From: Haliotis rubra | Taxonomy: Eukaryota | Length of the DNA stretch: 64,000 nt | Assembly: GCF_003918875.1 (NCBI RefSeq) | Contig: NW_025767111.1 | Location: 806,001-870,000, forward strand | Direction: 5' to 3' | Part shown: in pieces, positions 60,001-64,000 of the stretch | How the letters are laid out: every line of letters begins with the position of its first letter | Position numbering within the stretch: the stretch's first letter is position 1 | The notes under the pieces: generated by a model | The model's database searches: none | What the model was told of the DNA's origin: nothing | The model's input: the letters and a program-made list of their open reading frames with translations, nothing else | Program-made: the position numbers and the translations under genes

Positions 60001-63000
60001 TCATCAGGGAGACAAGCACTCGCATGAGATAATCAACTAAACATCATTCATCAGGGAGACAAGCACTCGCATGAGATAATCAACTAAACATCATTCATCA
60101 GGGAGACAAGCACTCGCATGAGATAATCAACTAAACATCATTCATCAGGGAGACAAGCACTCGCATGAGATAATCAACTAAACATCATTCATCAGGAGAC
60201 AAGCACTCGCATGAGATAATCAACTAAACATCATTCATCAGGAAGACAAGCACTCGCATGAGATAATCAACTAAACATCATTCATCAGGGAGACAAGCAC
60301 TCGCATGAGATAATCAACTATACATCATTCATCAGGAAGACAAGCACTCGCATGAGATAATCAACTATACATCATTCATCAGGGGGAGACAAGCACTCAC
60401 CCGTGAGATAATCAACTAAACATCATTCATCAAGGAGACAAGCACTCGCATGTGATAATCAACTAAACATCATTCATCAGGGAGACAAGCACTCGCATGA
60501 GATAATCAACTAAACATCATTCATCAGGAGACAAGCACTCGCATGAGATAATCAACTATACATCATTCATCAGGAAGACAAGCACTCGCATGAGATAATC
60601 AACTAAACATCATTCATCAGGGAGACAAGCACTCGCATGAGATAATCAACTATACATCATTCATCAGGAGGGAGACAAGCACTCGCATGAGATAATCAAC
60701 TAAACATCATTCATCAGGAGACAAGCACTCGCATGAGATAATCAACTAAACATCATTCATCAGGGAGACAAGCACTCGCATGAGATAATCAACTAAACAT
60801 CATTCATCAGGGAGACAAGCACTCGCATGTGATAATCAACTAAACATCATTCATCAGACAAGACAAGCACTCACATGAGATAATCAACTAAACATCATTC
60901 ATCAGGAGACAAGCACTCGCATGTGATAATCAACTAAACATCATTCATCAGGGAGACAAGCACTCGCATGAGATAATCAACTATACATCATTCATCAGGA
61001 AGACAAGCACTCGCATGAGATAATCAACTAAACATCATTCATCAAGGAGACAAGCACTCGCATGAGATAATCAACTAAACATCATTCATCAAGGAGACAA
61101 GCACTCGCATGAGATAATCAACTAAACATCATTCATCAGGGAGACAAGCACTCGCATGAGATAATCAACTAAACATCATTCATCAGGAAGACAAGCACTC
61201 GCATGAGATAATCAACTATACATCATTCATCAAGGAGACAAGCACTCGCATGAGATAATCAACTAAACATCATTCATCAGGGAGACAAGCACTCGCATGA
61301 GATAATCAACTAAACATCATTCATCAGGAGACAAGCACTCGCATGAGATAATCAACTAAACATCATTCATCAGGAGACAAGCACTCGCATGAGACAATCA
61401 ACTAAACATCATTCATCAAGGAGACAAGCACTCGCATGAGATAATCAACTAAACATCATTCATCAGGGAGACAAGCACTCACATGTGATAATCAACTAAA
61501 CATCATTCATCAGGGAGACAAGCACTCACATGTGATAATCAACTAAACATCATTCATCAGGGAGACAAGCACTCGCATGTGATAATCAACTAAACATCAT
61601 TCATCAGGGAGACAAGCACTCGCATGAGATAATCAACTAAACATCATTCATCAGGAGACAAGCACTCGCATGAGATAATCAACTAAACATCATTCATCAG
61701 GGGAGACAAGCACTCGCATGAGATAATCAACTAAACATCATTCATCAGGGAGACAAGCACTCGCATGTGATAATCAACTAAACATCATTCATCAGGGAGA
61801 CAAGCACTCACGTGTGAGATAATCAACTAAACATCATTCATCAGGGAGACAAGCACTCGCATGAGATAATCAACTAAACATCATTCATCAGGGAGACAAG
61901 CACTCGCATGAGATAATCAACTAAACATCATTCATCAGGGAGACAAGCACTCGCATGAGATAATCAACTAAACATCATTCAACAGGGAGACAAGCACTCA
62001 CATGTGATAATCAACTAAACATCATTCATCAGGGAGACAAGCACTCGCATGAGATAATCAACTAAACATCAATGGGCTGTCTCGCACTTCAAAGTATGAA
62101 GTGCATCATGGTTAGGTTGAAACACACATGCAGGACTGAGGATACACAACAGCTTCACTACAGGAGTGATTAGCAGCCATGTCAAGATGATGTCTTTTTA
62201 TGAGGTCCATGTATACATTCAGATCAACACTATGGCTGGATTGTAGCCTGGTTATGTTGGGTCCCTCTGTATAAAGGTATCCACTGGGATCATGAGATGA
62301 TCAGCGAGAATAGAGACAAACTGGGCATGGACATCAAGGCCTCCTATGCAAGTGCCACAGGAACACAGCAACCATTGTGGCCACAACAGTTGCCAGGGGT
62401 CTCCAGGCTGTATGATGAAGACTTGCACAGGAGGAGAGAAAACCTGGACAATATTAAACCTAGTGTTGCAACTGGTTATTATCTCTGCCTCTCAATACCA
62501 CATGTACCTATTAGGACTTACATCAAGACTGTATCTGAAGATACTGAACCATTTCAGCCATACCAGCCAATCGGCAATGGAGCTCAGGTTCACCAACAGT
62601 CCGCTGAACAACTGAAACAAAACACATGCGGTTTATATTTCCAAATACTCTTGGAAAAAACTTAACGTATCACCTTCCTGCCTCGTACTGCTAGACAGGT
62701 TTGAACTGTGGACCAAACAAGTTTAGGTGTAAATATGATCCCCAGGTACCCCATTAAAATACCATTTCTCATAAGAGTGAAGAGGGCCACGATGTCTAAC
62801 ATTAACTTTGGGTTTGTTTAGGTTAACTGGCATACGTGTTTCCTGATAAAAAATATTTCAAGGGCATTAATCTATATCTGCAAGTGGTTGCATGTATCTG
62901 AAAGGGCTGACACAACATCAGCAAGCAGTAAAGCAAACACATTATTAAGAACAGGTGTAAGGAATACTCCTTTGCCACCTTCATTTTCCATCACTGTGTA

Positions 63001-63314
63001 TAAATGGTTGCTAATCATAAACATCCCTCATTACAGGAAAAACAATTTGATAGACCTTTGACGGTTCTAACACAAATAGAAAGTGTATTAGCAGTCAGTA
63101 GTAAGCAGGCGTAGCATGGTTGATGTTGTCATATAGTGTTGGTAACTATGGGGACTCACCATCATAAACACATAGCACAGAGCAAGGAGGAGGTTGGCGA
63201 TTGCGAAGATGCGTACGCTGGCACTGATGGCAAATGCCAATCCTGAGGCTGCCATTGTTGTTAAAAATAGGTCCAGCATGAAGTAGAAGAAATAGCCAGC
63301 TGCACTTCTTAGAC
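56863..63314 (-). CDS. ABCG2: ABCG2-like paralog B, 3' part (last four coding exons; continues beyond the window)
   Basis: Exons 63160-63314, 62522-62611, 57881-57942 and 56863-57013 have the same phases and sizes (155/90/62/151) as gene A, apart from a shorter ECL3 exon. Confidence 0.93.
57881..57942 (-). CDS. ABCG2: ABCG2-like B exon (ECL3)
   Basis: 62 nt; ALSINELSGEVFCDNGSNGT(C). Confidence 0.92.
58077..59245. mobile_element. Non-autonomous TIR element inserted in the 47-bp array
   Basis: CTCCCCAAAGTTAGACGTCCCAAAAGTCAGAC (~58085-58115) versus GTCTAACTTTTAGGACGTCTAACTTTTGGGAG (~59206-59237); array units resume on both sides. Confidence 0.7.
59245..62070. repeat. 47-bp intronic minisatellite, ~60 copies (plus ~2 diverged units at 57985-58072)
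   Basis: Unit CAGGGAGACAAGCACTCGCATGAGATAATCAACTAAACATCATTCAT. Confidence 0.97.
62522..62611 (-). CDS. ABCG2: ABCG2-like B exon
   Basis: 90 nt; LFSGLLVNLSSIADWLVWLKWFSIFRYSLD. Confidence 0.94.
63160..63314 (-). CDS. ABCG2: ABCG2-like B exon
   Basis: 155 nt; [52 protein letters not shown]. Confidence 0.94.
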
Positions 63315-63325
63315 CTGCAATGTAG

Positions 63326-64000
63326 AGAGAGGACCTGTCATAACACCTGTGTATTGGGTGTCCAGGTAGTGACAAAGTAGGGAGAGGACCTGTCATAACA
63401 CCTGTGTAATGGGTGTCCAGATAGTGACAAAGTAGGGAGAGGACCTGTCATAACACCTGTGTAGTAGGTGTCCAGGTAGTGACAAAGTATGGAGAGGACC
63501 TGTCATAACACCTGTGTAATGGGTGTCCAGATAGTGACAAAGTATGGGGAGGACCTGTCATAACACCTGTTTAGTGGGTGTCCAGATAGTGACAAAGTAT
63601 GGGGAGGACCTGTCATAACACCTCTGTAATGGGTGTCCAGATAGTGACAAAGTATGGGAGAGGACTGTGTAGTGGGTGTCCAGATGTCATAACACCTGTG
63701 TACACCTGTGTGGGTGTCCAGATAGTGACAAAGTATGGGGAGGACCTGTCATAACACCTGTGTAGTAGGTGTCCAGATAGTGACAAAGTATGGGGAGGAC
63801 CTGTCATAACACCTGTGTAGTAGGTGTCCAGGTAATGACAAAGTAGGGAGAGGACCTGTCATAACACCTGTGTAGTGGGTGTCCAGATAGTGACAAAGTA
63901 TGGGGAGGACCTTTCATAACACCTGTGTAGTGGGTGTCCAGATAGTGACAAAGTATGGGAGGACCTGTCATAACACCTGTGTAGTGGGTGTCCAGATAGT
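63326..64000. repeat. 55-bp intronic minisatellite, at least 12 copies, running off the window
   Basis: Unit GAGAGGACCTGTCATAACACCTGTGTAGTGGGTGTCCAGATAGTGACAAAGTAGG. Confidence 0.96.

Noticed and set aside
62297-62665. 122-aa + strand ORF
   Set aside because: It is antisense to an ABCG2-B exon and intron and has no recognisable domain

Overview
This is AT-rich, intron-containing animal genomic DNA. The SINE families with (ACTC)n tails suggest a mollusc, possibly a gastropod or abalone (inference). Host genes: (1) the terminal coding exon of ENKD1 on + (274-431); (2) a complete ABCG2-like half-transporter on -, with 17 shared coding exons at 11711-33085 that splice in frame to 647 codons, plus three candidate alternative first coding exons at ~33.2, 36.5 and 42.2 kb; (3) the last four coding exons of a tandem ABCG2-like paralog on - (56863-63314, rest outside the window). 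The remainder is a dense repeat landscape. It includes a 6.4-kb decayed DIRS1-type tyrosine-recombinase retrotransposon with intact ITRs and ICR inside an ABCG2 intron, an internally deleted MULE, two Tc1-like elements, RTE-X-like, I-like and L2/CR1-like LINE fragments, two SINE families, several MITEs (including two 31-32 bp micro-elements with 7-bp TSDs), a long-TIR element carrying a LINE fragment, and about 13 unrelated minisatellite arrays covering roughly 13 kb. Most long ORFs in the track are artefacts of these arrays. I found no convincing wholly new system. The most promising leads are the alternative N-terminal micro-exons of ABCG2, the micro-elements, and the DIRS element with its internal rearrangement.
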